Positions 28,138 through 41,689 of a stretch of DNA of 64,000 nucleotides are shown here, in pieces (position 1 is the stretch's first letter; each line of letters begins with the position of its first letter). The DNA comes from Phoronis australis. Its lineage: Eukaryota; Animalia; Phoronida. The DNA is taken from contig NMRA01000174.1 of NCBI GenBank assembly GCA_002633005.1, forward strand, positions 704,047 through 768,046. Reading direction: 5' to 3'. The position numbers and the translations under genes are program-made. The notes below the pieces were generated by a model that saw only the letters and a list, made by a program, of their open reading frames with translations, was not told the DNA's origin and did not search any database.

Positions 28138-30330
28138 TCTATTCTGGGTTCCGTCAAAGAAGCAAACTTTTGATTCAGACCACACTGCTACTGAATTAGT
28201 TTCAAATCGTTTCCTACTCGGATGAGAAGTGATGTCTCGCACGAGAACTGAGAGTTCTTTATCCCTTGAGGCCATGCTCAGCACAGAAAATGACACGCCG
28301 TGTCACGTCAACTTGTAGAGCTTGGCCTCCAGCATTAACGAACTGTCATCGAGCTCTTCGAAACCCTGATCGTTATTTTTCCTAAGGAACTTTATCATGA
28401 GTTAAACTTAATATTTAGGGTAAAGGGTAAAGTTGTTTATTGTGATGGAAGGGGCTTTATCGTCACTTTTAGAGCAAGCGTCAAATATGCTGTACAGATT
28501 ACAACAATGTAAAAATGTAGCAGTGTCCAGTTTTTTTCAAGAGGCTACGAACATCATTTCTTCTGTTGTAATACCGATTGTGACCTTTTAACTTCGGCGC
28601 ACGCAATCCTTCTGCATCTATTAGAGACCGTCTTCAATGAGAAACTCGGAAATTCTATTAGACGCTATACGCGGCAACCTTATGTGCCACTTACAGAGTC
28701 CCAGATGACAAAAAAATAAGAAATAGGACAAAAAGCATTGTTTGTTTTGTTTTGCTAACTCATTTTGAGACGCGAGTTTACTGATTAAAATAAAGAAAAG
28801 CTTTGCCCGCCCACATCAATTTTAGTTAACAAACCAATTCACGTGCGTTTACCATGTAAGTATGCGAGAGAGTGAGAGCTGTTGAAACCTGTTTTTTCTA
28901 AGGATATTTACTAGATTGTCAAAAGGATGCCATCAGGGCCACTCCCAAAGTACTCGGTGTTATCACATGTGTTTGATTCTGAAACGCCTTTAAAAATGCC
29001 AACTACAATCCAGTAAATTGCAATACTAACTAAGTTTTCACAAAGTTCACTTCAGGGTCAGTATCCATACTGTTAGTTAACCGACGATACAAACAAAAAA
29101 CAAGTCTTCAAATCATTACAATTTCAAATCGTTGCCTTTGCCGAACACCCGGGTCGGCATCGGGTTGACCAGCAAAGCCGAGATCCGGAGAAAAAAACTT
29201 CATCAATAATCTAAGTTTCTGTACCCAAACAACCGTATAATCAGGGACTGATCATAAATTTATTGTAAGTGCTGCTTTCTCAATTTCCTGGCTATTTTAA
29301 GAGAAATCTGCATTTCATCGGGTTCCTATAGAGCGCACTGATCGGTGTCTTGTTTGTACTCATCATAGTTTTTCACTAACTTCGCTCCAGCACCCAGCGT
29401 GCAGTCGGCTTCGTGCAAGTTCGTGACTGCATTGACTTCCTTACTAGGGAAGTCCTGCATAGCACGATTATAAATGTGCTGCCGCTACCCGACCAACGAG
29501 CATCAACTCGGGATTAAAAGTATATTAAGAGAATAATTGTGATGAGGGTACCAATATGTGCCCTGCAATTGTTGAGAGGGCCAGCCTTAGTTACCTAGTA
29601 CTCGACGCTACCAATCGTGAGTCAAAATAGATCGGATCTATCTGACATGCGCGCACGTGCTGTGCATGCTCACTTCGAAACCTTGAAGTTGGCACATGTC
29701 CCACAATTCGAGGCTACGAAAATACCCAAAATGTTCCGGATGACTTGGGGGAGGGGGGGGGGTTCACGCGAAACTGTGCGAATAACCAACTTTTTCTTTT
29801 TCTAAATATGATATCATGCAGATTATTGACACTGTACGCAAAAATATTCTGTTGTATTGTTCCATGTTTGCCGTCGCCAATGGGGATGAAAAGAGGACTT
29901 TTTGAGCACTTGCACGTCTGCCGCCAGCCCTACCCCTCCCCCATCGAAAATGTAAGAGATTAGTAAGAAAAAGAGAAAAATCGCAACATCTGATGGATTT
30001 TCTTTTTTTTTGAAAAAAAGTAAGCAAACAAATAGTAGCGTATCGCCGACTCGATTTTGAAAGAAAAACGGACCAAAACCAACTATGCCGTTTTCGCCTT
30101 CCCCAATCTAACAGTTCTCACCTGCTTGCTGTAGCCGGTCTTGGTATCTTAATTCTGCAAAAGAATGAATCATCCACATAGAGAATATATTTTAAATAAC
30201 ACCGACTGACAGTTTAGATTCTTTAAATCAAGTTGTCTATGATCATTTTATAAACCATTACTTGTATTTATTCCATGTGCCATATTTACTAGCAAAAACT
30301 AACGTCCAGATTCTCAAAATGGCAATTCTA

Positions 30331-30924
30331 CAGGGCGTCCCAAAAATATATTCCCAATTCAGTACAATGTAGGCAGTTCAAATTCAGTTCCCGTGGAGCA
30401 GAATCTGCGCCCAGGCCTACTGCATGGTTGCACTTAGTTATAAAACTAGGTGCGTGAGACGTCACGTACATTTTATGCTCGGGAATGGCAGACAAACAAC
30501 TTAGTTATGGATAACGAAAAATATAATGTGCAATGTTACTGGAAACTCAAAACGTTTAGGAGGTGCAAAAGACCAGAAACAGTCGGTGAGTTAAAAAAGA
30601 ATTTTGAAAGACAACACAGCGCAGTTCCAAATCAAATGATTGGTAATGCTGCCGAATCCATTGACCAGCGTTATCGCCAGTGTGACTTGTTTGAAAAGTG
30701 GTAGTCGTCAATTTCAGGTTTTGCAAACATGCAGTTATCCGTTAGTTCAATGTACCATTAGTTTTCTTCACAAGTTCATAAAGCATGTATTTATTTTGGT
30801 TTAAAGGGTCGATTTCTTTTTGAACATCTCTTTATGAATTCGACTGGATCAAAAATCTTGTTACCTAGTCCATGAATAATGCAGTTTGTCATTTAAGGTG
30901 TTGGTACATTTCTGGGACACCCTG
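30331..30924 (+). mobile_element. Degenerate Tc1/mariner-superfamily transposon remnant
   Basis: TA|CAGGGCGTCCCA ... TGGGACACCCTG|TA (TIR plus TA TSD). Internal frame 30450-30704 (KRPETVGELKKNFERQHSAVPNQMIGNAAESIDQRYRQC) resembles the C-terminus of mariner-type transposases. No intact catalytic domain. Confidence 0.75.
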
Positions 30925-33086
30925 TATTGAAATCAACTGTCGGTACGTGGCGTAGTAGGTGACGTTGTCCTATCTCGTTGTACAAATTACATTTGAGGTT
31001 AAATGTGCCACGTACGCTTCTGGACCCAGTTACATAAAAGTAATACGCCGTACAGCAACAATGACGTCGCATTATCACGCGCCACGTTGTTATTGTTGAA
31101 CAATGCACCTGACGTCACGCAATCAAACTTATCCAGCGGATAACTTTTGAAGCTTTATGCAACTCAGCCCTGGTGTTATAACTACGGTGGAGCAGTGCGG
31201 TGAATAAAGTGTAGTGCATAGGAAACTCGAGTGCAGGGCATTAAACGTGACAGGACTATTCTCTGTCAGAAATTGTCCGAGATTCAATGAAAGACAATGA
31301 AATTGCAGCAATGGCAATTTGTTGTTAAGAGAAAAGATGCTATATGGTGTACCATAACCTTGGTAACCACATATTTTGACAAGTATGCGTAATGGCGAAA
31401 TTTAAAATTTAAATCGCCTAGCCTATAAATTAGTGTATCAGAGCACAGCGACAACAATCATCCATTATGGCGGCGTCGTAGGGTCACACGAATTAAGATT
31501 TCAACTCGAAAAAATTTAGGAAATTTCTAACAGCATTCTTACGATAATATTCTTGCACTATGTTTGAAGACATTTTTACCAGCACAGTCTCGAACCTTCG
31601 CACGCCACCACTCCCATATATGACAGAATACGCAACTTTAAGCGACTGTAGAGTAAACCTAAGTTCCGTCACAGATACTAACTTTTGTTTAAAATCGTTT
31701 TAATCATAGCTATAAATCTGACCTGAACTTGTCCTCAGCTGTGAAACGGTTTCTGATTTTGAAAAGAACCGTTAATTAATTTTATAACCGGAGACAACGC
31801 TCGGTCCTAAAACTGACCTGAGAAGGCCTTAGTTGACGTGTCGTGAGCTGACCAAGCAAAGAAGTTACCTCTAATTTGGGCAAGGAGCCAGTTGAGGTCA
31901 ATTTCATAAAGTTCAGTCATTCAAAGTACAAGCTTCATTTGACGGAAGACAGGTTTTAATATAGACTTGCAATCGACGACTGTTACCACAGAAACCAAAG
32001 CCACAGTGGAAAATAAAAAATAATAAATCCTCCACACCTTCCGTGAAAGTAAGCTTCATTACAATACCACGGAGTCCTAGGGAGACTGCAATTGATTAGA
32101 AAATACGAACAGGTGCAAACAGCAAAAGATACAGGTACGTTACAACACTGTCATGTTCAATAATCACACGGTCATGAAACAGTATGACCTCTCGGTAACA
32201 CTGTGGCTCGAGCAATTTGTTACAAGCAATCAAATAATTCGCGACTCCTTAAGAACATTTTTGTCGAAACAATTATTAAATCCGAGTGATAATTAAATGA
32301 TAATTATTATTTCGCAAAAAGTAATTGGCGAAAGCCCATGACAAAGCTATCAATTCCCTCCAACGTTTCGAATTTCCGTTGCTGGAGAATGGAAGAAGAA
32401 TAAATCAAGGAATCGATGAGCATGCAGCAACTTCATTTTACTACAGCGCCACATTTATTTTGTCTTCTCCATTATTAATCTTTTAGGTTTTTTGGTGTAA
32501 ATTTTAATGGGCCACTCGTATCAGTGAACTAGAATTCATACACAGATCTCTTGAGCAAGACATGACACATTCATTCACGTGAAATTTTCCATTAAAGTAA
32601 AATGAAATTTGCCAAAATAGAAACTTACGTGGAAACATGAACGTGGATGAACTTGAATGCCAAACCTGTGACACTTGGTAACATGTCGCCAGCACCATAA
32701 TCTCACGAAGGAGAGTGAGTGGCAGAATACAATCATAAGGTTTTTCATATTTTTTATTCATTATAGAAAATGTCATTGGCAATCAATATTTTTAGCTCAA
32801 AAAGCGCCTGAAGTATTTTTTTCTGGTCAACAATTTTTGGAAATAAATACAGACAAATACACATACCGATAAGCATATCGATGACGCAATGTAAAAAGAA
32901 GTACAGATTAAAGATTGCTATCATCAATACGAACATATGATAGTATTGGAGAACTACGTCTTGCCGATTCACGAAACCAATAAGTATTATATGTTATGTA
33001 TACAAACGTGAGGAGGACCATTAGACTTTCACATTCAGATTCAGGTTGACATGGACGTGAGAAAACTCCATTTTCCCTCTGCTTAC

Positions 33087-36000
33087 CTGACGTCATATTC
33101 GTCAATCCATATGTTCCTGACTGGATCGTATATGATTGCCGCGGGCACTGGACCTTTACTGTTGACGGTCGCATGCGCAGATGGGGGACCAGGTGGTACA
33201 ACCAAGGGGCCTGCACCTTTGGATCCAAGAGGTGGAGTTCTAAAAATAATTAGTATATACTAAGCATTCCAACAATTCATGGAGATGACAATCAAACCAT
33301 CGTAGTAGGCTTTTTGTGCATGTCCGTATGTAGGATCATACACACTTGTACGTGAAGCTATTTTTGTGTACTTATATGCAAAACCGGTAGATATTGTGTT
33401 TTTTTTAAACAACTCTTAGTTAGCAAAGTCTTTAAAATGGACAAGAGGCTCACAAAAATTGTCTAATCGAGAACATAGATATAATCCATATTAGTTTGTG
33501 TTCAATAGAAAATTGTCTGTTTAGGGTGCCCGTTTCAGCGGATCACATGGCATGAGTAACTCTTAAACACTCATGGGATCAGTGTGATCCACTAGACATG
33601 GTCTTAAATAGTCCTCTTATGGGACCTTAAGCAGGTTACTCAAAGACACAAAACAATGACGTTTAGTACCAATCCACACCACGATAAAACGGTTTCCATC
33701 TCTACACATGTCACCCACGGCGTCAGCAAGTGCGAAAGCGATCAGTTTTGACACGGTGTGTCGACCCGTAAAAAAGAGCCGCTTCAAGCCCAGGCATGTC
33801 TGGTGACCATTCAGCTTCTTTTTTTCAGAATTTAAATGCACTTTTAACATTCAAAACTAAACCCATCTTGCAGGAACATTGAACCACCAACTGAAAGTTC
33901 CATTTTGTGACTCGATTTTTGACTAGTGTCCTTTCGAAAAACCGTATTCTCTCACCTTAAAACATTCTTCGATGTGCATCAAAAATGAAATTGTCAGGAA
34001 TGTCCTATGAAACTCATACGTGTATGAGATATGTCCATTGCCCCAGTTTTGGAAAGTGGTACACTTATTTTTTTACTGATTTTCAATTATTTTCATTACT
34101 ATAATATATGCGATTGACCATTAAACCAGACTTTTTGTGCCCGACATGTTTTATGGTTTGTCGAACAACAAACGCCAAGTAGCATTTGCTTGCAATGAAA
34201 CGGGTTGCACAAGAAACGCGAAAAAAACACAGGATCAGACAAGTCTTCGTGAGATATCGCCATGAATTACAGCTAAACTCGCGAGTGTTTTGTATCCAAG
34301 TAACACAGTCACGTTCTCACTGAAAAAGGTTATACACAGTAAAAAATGACAATGAAATGCTCGTAAACAAGCAGCGTACTCCATCGTTTCTTTCCTCGTA
34401 AATCATAGTAGAGCTTTTGAATTTTATTACTGCAGATACCGAAGCGTAAACGTCAACCGTATGTTAGCTTATTACCAGTTTATGAGGACCTTTGTCTTAT
34501 TGCAGCCTTTCTAACACAGGAACTTGTTCATATGTGTATAACGGAACATTAACTGTCTTCAGCTGTTAGCTGCTAAGTATTCCTATCAATTGGAAGCAAA
34601 ACTTGTCACGCATCTTTCTAGGGATATGTCAAACGTTATTTTTTTCTATCCTTGTCATTTAATCAGCTGCACTTAGCGAAGATAAACAGATAAACGTACT
34701 TATTATTACGGAGTTCGTCGTTGTAATGGCCGCCATAACTGGGCGAAGAGGATCGGCTGCTTTGATAATACAGCCGCTTGGTGTCCCCCTGATGATAAAC
34801 ATGCGATACTTTGGTTTCGTGTCTTCGGCGCCGCCTCTGGTCATCTCGACAGCAAAAGTACCAAGACAATGCGCTGATGAGAAATATGATTAAAAGTCCT
34901 GCAACTGCAGAACATATGGAAACGATCAGAATGTTCGTCGTAGTCCAAAAAGTTTCTGAAATAAAAACATGGCATCGTTACAACAGCATGCTGGAAACGC
35001 TCTTCTGGCGAGTAATAGCTTACGGTTCAACATGTAATAGTGCACGAACTAACCCATTTTCAAAAACATCAAACTAAAAACGCAACGGCGAATCGCTATA
35101 ACCTGGAGGTATTTCTCTTGTGGAATAAAGAAGCTAGTGGGTTTTGTTTTCAGTGTTCACTAATTTAAATGCTGTTATGACGAAAGGTACTAATTTGATC
35201 CCACAACTTTTTGTCTGCTAATTTGCAAATATGATTTCGGACACTCATTTCTGGTAAGTCGATCGCTCTCACTGTAATCGCCGCTTAAAAGAATACTAAA
35301 GGTTCTTATGGTGATTGCGTGGTTTCGCCACAAGACTTTGTAGGATTGCAACATCCCTTCCTTTAATAATTCCCCCCTCGTTTTACAGAGTGGGCCCTGT
35401 TGTGGTCGAGGACAACTGTCTTTCACCGCAGTCGCCCAAAGCGTTACTCATGCCATGCTGTTTTAGTAACCTTTGTAAGTAGCTCAAATTATCACGAAAC
35501 AGTTGAGGGTTGATGAGGGTTACACAGCATTATTTTGCTTCAAAGTTTTGACTCTATCTAGTAACAAGTATTTAGTAGACTAAAACATTGGATAATATCT
35601 TTTTAATTTCCATGGCTCATTGTGCAACTTTCAACGATGTTTATGTATTTTACAATTCGTGTTTGGATTGTATTATTTGTACAATATCCAGAGCCCCCCA
35701 CAGAGAACAGTGGAAGGACTCACGGGGTTACACTGACAATAAAATGAATAAAAAATAAATAATTCACAACTGCGTATGTCATACTAGTAAAATGTGAAAA
35801 GGGTTCTTTAGTCAGGAAAATGGCGACATTATTGTGTTAGCATTCCATCTACAACAAAGAATGGCTAAATAACTTGTTACGGGGAGGTATTAATTGTACA
35901 AAGCAGGAGGCACAATCATGTAGTCTGGGCGAAATTATTAATCTCCCAAAAGGTTTAGTTGTATCATTCCAAAACAGAAGACATTCTCTTATGCAAGTAA

Positions 36001-36969
36001 ACAACTCAGGAAAGTACTAGTCTACTGGACTCGTGAAATCATTTATCTTTTATAATGTAATATCTTTATCATCTCGCATCATATATTTTCGTCTGGATAA
36101 ATGAACCACACGGTAAAATCTTGTTTCTCATTCATCTTACGTCTAAACACACAGCTTTTCTTTCTGGCATAATGTCGACCACACTGAGGTAGATTAGGTC
36201 GTCCCACCCCATCGTTCCCTGCTGTTGCAAGCATCAGTGAAAAAGACAAAACAGTATCACAACACTCACCTTCGCAAACTGGGTCCGGTTTGTCCCATTG
36301 ACCACTGGACAGGCACGTGACGTAATTGTAGCTGCCGGCTATTACGTAATTGTCTGTTTTACATGTAAATCCAACCACTGATCCCACGGATGACGCGGTT
36401 GAATTCGGCAGCGCCTGAGTGGGATCATTTTCATCAATCACTTGTCGCTTACTCAAGCACGACGCTGAAAAATCAGCAAAGGAACACGTGTTAGCAACAA
36501 TATACAATAGTAACCTGAAGATTGATTTGAAACAAATTCGGTTACCTTTACAAGCAAATCCCTGAGGATTTTCATTATCATTCCTGTAACTTTAAATACT
36601 AATTTAGTGTAAGAAGAGAGTAATAACCGCTTAAAATGAGCATTTGGTCTCGGAGCCAGTTTCAACAGAACGTGCGAATATATACATGGAATATACGTTT
36701 TAACACTTTTTAGATTTCATAAGGCTCTCTTAGTATCATCCTCGATGCCGGTATAAAAAGGAAGATATCTATTCAGCTAACATTTTAATAAACTAATAAA
36801 ATAAATCACTGATCCGATAGACAGAAAGCAATTTTTCTGGGAGAGCGTCCATCTCTAACTGGCATTCTGTTGCGAAAAGCTAACACAATGCCGTGTCGAC
36901 ACGTCACAGCCGTTCGAAACCGTGAACAAAAATGACTAAAAAATAAAGAAAAGGAGACGTACTTGCCAT
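33087..36969 (-). CDS. Single-sushi (CCP) single-pass membrane protein, paralog A; 3' end uncertain
   Basis: Exons: 36969-36963 (ATG GCA A|GTACGT); 36464-36270 (195 nt, sushi SCLSKRQ...FTCKTDNY...VTCLSSGQWDKPDPVCE); 34955-34700 (256 nt, TM ILIVSICSAVAGLLIIFLISALSWYFCC then RDDQRRRRR); 33239-33087 (Pro-rich, ends IDEYDV). Terminal exon unresolved: in-frame TAA at 33085-33083, or acceptors giving exons starting at 32959/32953, 32381 or 32085 (LPRTPWYCNEAY). Confidence 0.8.
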
Positions 36970-37065
36970 CGTTTACTTGTTATTATCCTTTCCTAATCAA
37001 GTCTGTTCACACCTGGACCGTGTCACTGTTCACCTGGCTATGACTTGTTACTTCACGCTTTGACG

Positions 37066-37071
37066 TATATA
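37066..37071 (-). promoter_or_regulatory. Probable TATA box of paralog A
   Basis: TATATA about 100 nt upstream of the ATG; same geometry as paralogs B and C. Confidence 0.55.
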
Positions 37072-37392
37072 TCTGCTCACGCCTCATCAGAAGGCGCATA
37101 GGGCGCCACCCATTGTTTATCATTGTCACGTGCTTAACACTTTGTGAGGCGAACTAAAACAGTGTAAGTGGTTCTGTCCAGTGTTTTTTCCTGAAGTTGG
37201 GTTGATTGGTGTGTAAATGTGATTTTTAACAAAAATTCAAATATCAAAAAGCCTCATTTTGCAAAGACTGGCATTACGTCCAATTTATGCAGGGCACTCG
37301 CCTGACATGATATCATGAGCTTACATGTAGACTGCAAAGAAAACACCAAAACGACACATCAAATAAGTAAGAATTGGTAAACTTCTTACACG

Positions 37393-37549
37393 CAGTGCTG
37401 TAGTGGGGCGTAGGCGCACGTAGGCGCAGCCAACCACCTTTTGTCATTTGAACGTAGCGACTACGCACCGTAAATTACGTTCAGTGCTCAAGGTAATATG
37501 GTTGGCTTTTGGGCGCCTACTTACCTCTGATTTTACCACTACAGCACTG
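37393..37549. mobile_element. MITE with perfect 14-bp TIR
   Basis: CAGTGCTGTAGTGG (37393-37406) / CCACTACAGCACTG (37536-37549). TSD not clean. Confidence 0.75.
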
Positions 37550-38118
37550 CAGTTACACGCCATATGTTGGTCACATCACATGTCCTAGAGTTAGGCCCGA
37601 CAAAACAATTGGCTGCCAACGAATTATTGTAAAGCAGCAAGGAATCAATACTCGTTCTTAAAAAGGAGGAAGCATTAAAAATGTGTTGTACAGTACGGTA
37701 ACGATGTTCTAAATTCAAAGAATTTTATGAAGAAATAAATTTAACGACTAGCAGGTATTCGTGACTTTAATTGGCAAACAAAATAATCCTTATGGCAGTT
37801 TTTGTGTCTGAGCGCTATTACGTCAAGTATTTGTGATTATCTCAATAAATTGTTAAATTGAATATTCACACTTCACCGATACAATCATACGTCAATGAAT
37901 ATAAAACAAAGAAATCCAAAAACACAGCTGTATCTCACTACCTCATCGTCACAAACAGCCTGATAAAAACGTGGGACAACACAAGACTAGGCCAAATTGA
38001 TAACTGGTTAGTGCCACCACGCCCTGGTGGCGCCTATTGTTGTTCAAGTGAGCGTTATGCCTTTTGTACTGGAATCAGCAATGACTCTATTATGCGAAAG
38101 CTGAATGATATCAGAAAG

Positions 38119-38362
38119 CAAGTACGCACCCAGCCTAAAAAACAGGGGGACTCGAATTTTTGGGAATGTGGATCTTTCACTAAAAAAAGCCGGAAAAAGG
38201 GGCACGTTCAGAGCTATGAATTGTGCATTCACCGAATTGAGTCCTGCCGTTTTAATTGACTTTTGTTTCGTTTTCTACTTTTTCGGATTTTTTGTTTTTG
38301 CCCACTTCGCCAAATGGGGGGGCTCGTTAGAGGCCCCCGAGCCCCCCATGGGTGTGCGCATG
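38119..38362. mobile_element. MITE related to the 25099 element
   Basis: CAAGTACGCACCCAG / ATGGGTGTGCGCATG. Flanks GAAAG/CAAAG (4/5 match to a 5-bp TSD). Confidence 0.7.
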
Positions 38363-38953
38363 CAAAGGGTCCAAAACTTGCCGTTCGGATAGTGAGCATG
38401 TATAGAGTAGAAACACATGTACCAGGCCCTCAGTGTACATTCAGACATACAGAAGAAAACAAAGAAGTAGGCTATATGTTATATACATGTGTGGAGTACC
38501 CTTTATATCCTATCCCCGGTGAATTTCATGAACTAGCGAGACGGTCGAAAAAAATTAAGTAGAATCAAAAATCCGTCAGTCACAATTGTCCTGCTCAGAT
38601 ACAGTGATTGTGCCAGTCAAAGTCATATTAGTGTGGCTAAGGTCGAAGTACTTTATTTCAAAACTGCATTTCGTCCTGTTTAGCTGTCTAAGACCATAGA
38701 ACTCTAGCCATTGGATTAGTATCATAGTATTCCTTACCGTAACATAGTTCTTTTTCCATTACCCACAAGCCAACAAAATTAAACCATCGCCGACTCAAAA
38801 AAAAAAACGCGTGAGAATTTATTGGGTTTGGCCAACCCTAAAATTGCGCACTCGAAAATGGCGCAAGTGTGCATTGCATGTGACTTGTTCGTTTGTTAAT
38901 GACCGATTTTATAAGAGTAAGATCTAGTTGAATTTTGTTATTAACTTTTTGAT

Positions 38954-39213
38954 AAGGCGAAGTGCATCTTAAAGCCCCAACAGCACATTCTGATTCCAAG
39001 TGGTATGTGTGGGCAATGACAAGGCGAAATGCATCTTCAAGCCCCAACAGCACATTCAGATTCCAAGTGGTATGTGTGGGCAATGACAAGGCGAAATGCC
39101 TCTTCAATCCCCAACAGCACATTCTGATTCCAAGTCGTATGTGTGGGCAATGACAAGGCGAAATGCATCTTCAAGCCCCAACAGCACATTCAGATTCCAA
39201 GTGGTATGTGTGG
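38954..39213. repeat. 67-bp minisatellite, ~3.9 units
   Basis: Units start at 38954, 39021, 39088 and 39155 (AAGGCGAA...GGGCAATGAC). No unique spacers. Confidence 0.95.
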
Positions 39214-41689
39214 ACAAATGTTGAACTCGACTTTTCGAGCTAAAAAGTCATATACGACTTGTCAGTGGTTTTCAATCGCCACAATCCGCAGTCTTTAGGG
39301 GCCTATCTAGTATATAGACTCAGATTTTTCGTCTTCCACTTCCTACCCTTAATTTGAATCACTTTGACTACACACTTATATTGTAGCGTGACAACTTTGG
39401 TGACTTTTTAGCTTGAATCTCGTGTGGTATGCCTAAGGCATATTTTGGGTGTGTGGTACATGAGAGCCTTTATTGCTAAAAAAAACGTTTGAGAAGACAC
39501 TATCCCTGGAGATATGTTGCGTGAAACTGGTAACTGGTATTCGCCATCAAAAGTTTCAGAGTCTCTTGCTGTCAGAGGACAGTCTTGGTTTAGATCAAGG
39601 TTTTGGCAAACTGCACTGCGATGGAGACTGTATGTGTCCATGACATGGAATCTTTTGCAAGTTATTCTTTATGCATAGGGTACCTTATCATTATTTCTAC
39701 ACAAGAAATCTTAGATATTGAGCTCTGAATAATCTGTGCCACTGGTTTATCGATGGTGAAGTTATCAATACATGAGTTTTGTTAAACAAGCAGTGTAGAT
39801 TTTTGTAGTTGTTGTAATGATGTAGTACTGTACTAATATCACTACCTGGTGGTCTCCAAATAACTAGCAAACTCTCGTTTTTCATGGTTGTTTGAAAGTG
39901 ATGTTCAAGCATACGTTTGTTGGATTATAGACTACGAAAAGTATTAAATAAAACACTTTTCCAATGTTTGATTACGCCTGCTTAAACTGATTTTTACCTT
40001 AAGTACTGATGTATCTCTTTAAAAACTCCAGGTGTGTTCATAACAAACTCATTAGATTAGTTATCAATTCACATCCATGAACTCACATAATTTATCAAGC
40101 AGTCCCTTGAGTGTTGGAAATAGAGTTAGCCGACTGAAACTCCACATTAATCATAACAATGCCCCAATATGACCCTCCCAAAATCCCATTTCTCGGGTTT
40201 CAAGCCACGTCACTCTCGTTGCACCTGAAGTAAATTCGGTTATGGTTTGTACAACCTCAGGTAAACAGCACTAGATGCAAGACTTCTTGAGCTCAGGAAT
40301 TGTTTTATAGAGTTCCCTTCCTAAACCCCTAGACATCCTAGGCATCAATTCTTTTGAAAGCCAATCCAATTTCATCTTTTTTAATATTATAGAGCAGTTA
40401 CTACTCCCAGATTCTATTTTCAATTTATTTGTTCATTTATTTATCAACACTATATGTCTCTCTTCACATACTCACCGTTCATGATTTCTCTAATTTTCTG
40501 TAATAGTTCTGGGACAAATATTCATTGAATTGCTGCTCAATAATTTCAGTTGCATGTTTTTTTCTTTTTGGCTTTCACTTTTATGGGGAACGAATAAAAG
40601 CAAGGCTTTTGTGTAAACCAAAACAAAGTGGACTGCTCCAGTGACTGTGAGCAGGGGGCGCGGCGATGATCACACCCTGTGTTCAGTCATCTGTAATGTG
40701 ACTCAGGTTACACAGTAAATGCATACTTTTTGTGTTTAGTTATGTTTAATTGACGTCGTCCTTGATTGACCAATAATAATAATAATAATATTAATAATGA
40801 TATCAATAGACAACAGCGTTGTTTACCAGACACTAATGCTTTATAGACGTCGGATGCGAGACCATGACGCTTAAGTAGCGAAAACCAGCAACATGCAAAC
40901 CGCTTGCTGATGTAGAAAACAAAGGACTCAAGCGATTCGTCGACTTATCAATAATTGGCATGAAAAGTCAAACAAATGATTACGTCATTGTTTTATTTAA
41001 CATGTAAATAATATTCTGAATAAATTTCGGACATGGAAAAACTTTTACGAATCTGCATCAGTAGCTAACAAGTTCTAAATTACCAGCACATTACAAAAGT
41101 CATGTTGTCAACAGATGTTCTTATAGTCGTGATTTCTACATTGATCTAGAAAAACGGAGTCTCGACGAACACGAAGTGTGCATTTGATGATGGCGTGACT
41201 TCGATATGTACATTTTAAGAGAATTTGGTTTTTATCAATATACACTATTTATAATTTTCAGCTTATATTTTAACACGAAGGATGGTACAATAAAGCAAAC
41301 CCCCAGTCATTATGCCTACTTCATAGGCGGAACATAGTCATATGACAAAAGTATGAACTCATAATAACATTATATTGGAAAGGGGAGGACGCACTACTTG
41401 GCCCCCAGTCGTAACCAGTTTTCACCTCGATCGAACAACAAATGTCCTTCCGTTTCTCCCGGTCTCAGCGATTCTCCCCCGAGTTATTAAAATACGGACG
41501 ATAATAATTCAATTAGAAGTGGAATTATCCCGACTGATCGAAGCACACCTCAATAAAGACACACCCGTCTCATTCTTGGCTAAGCCTATAACACATTTCT
41601 CGACCGTCATTTATCACCATTATATACTGTTCTCGATAGACGTTCTTGAGCGTTTTTTGCCAGAAGTAGACAATCTGAGGTGATGCTTT

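Noticed and set aside
38954-39213. CRISPR-like appearance of the regular repeat
   Set aside because: Units are contiguous with no unique spacers, there are no cas genes, and the context is eukaryotic.
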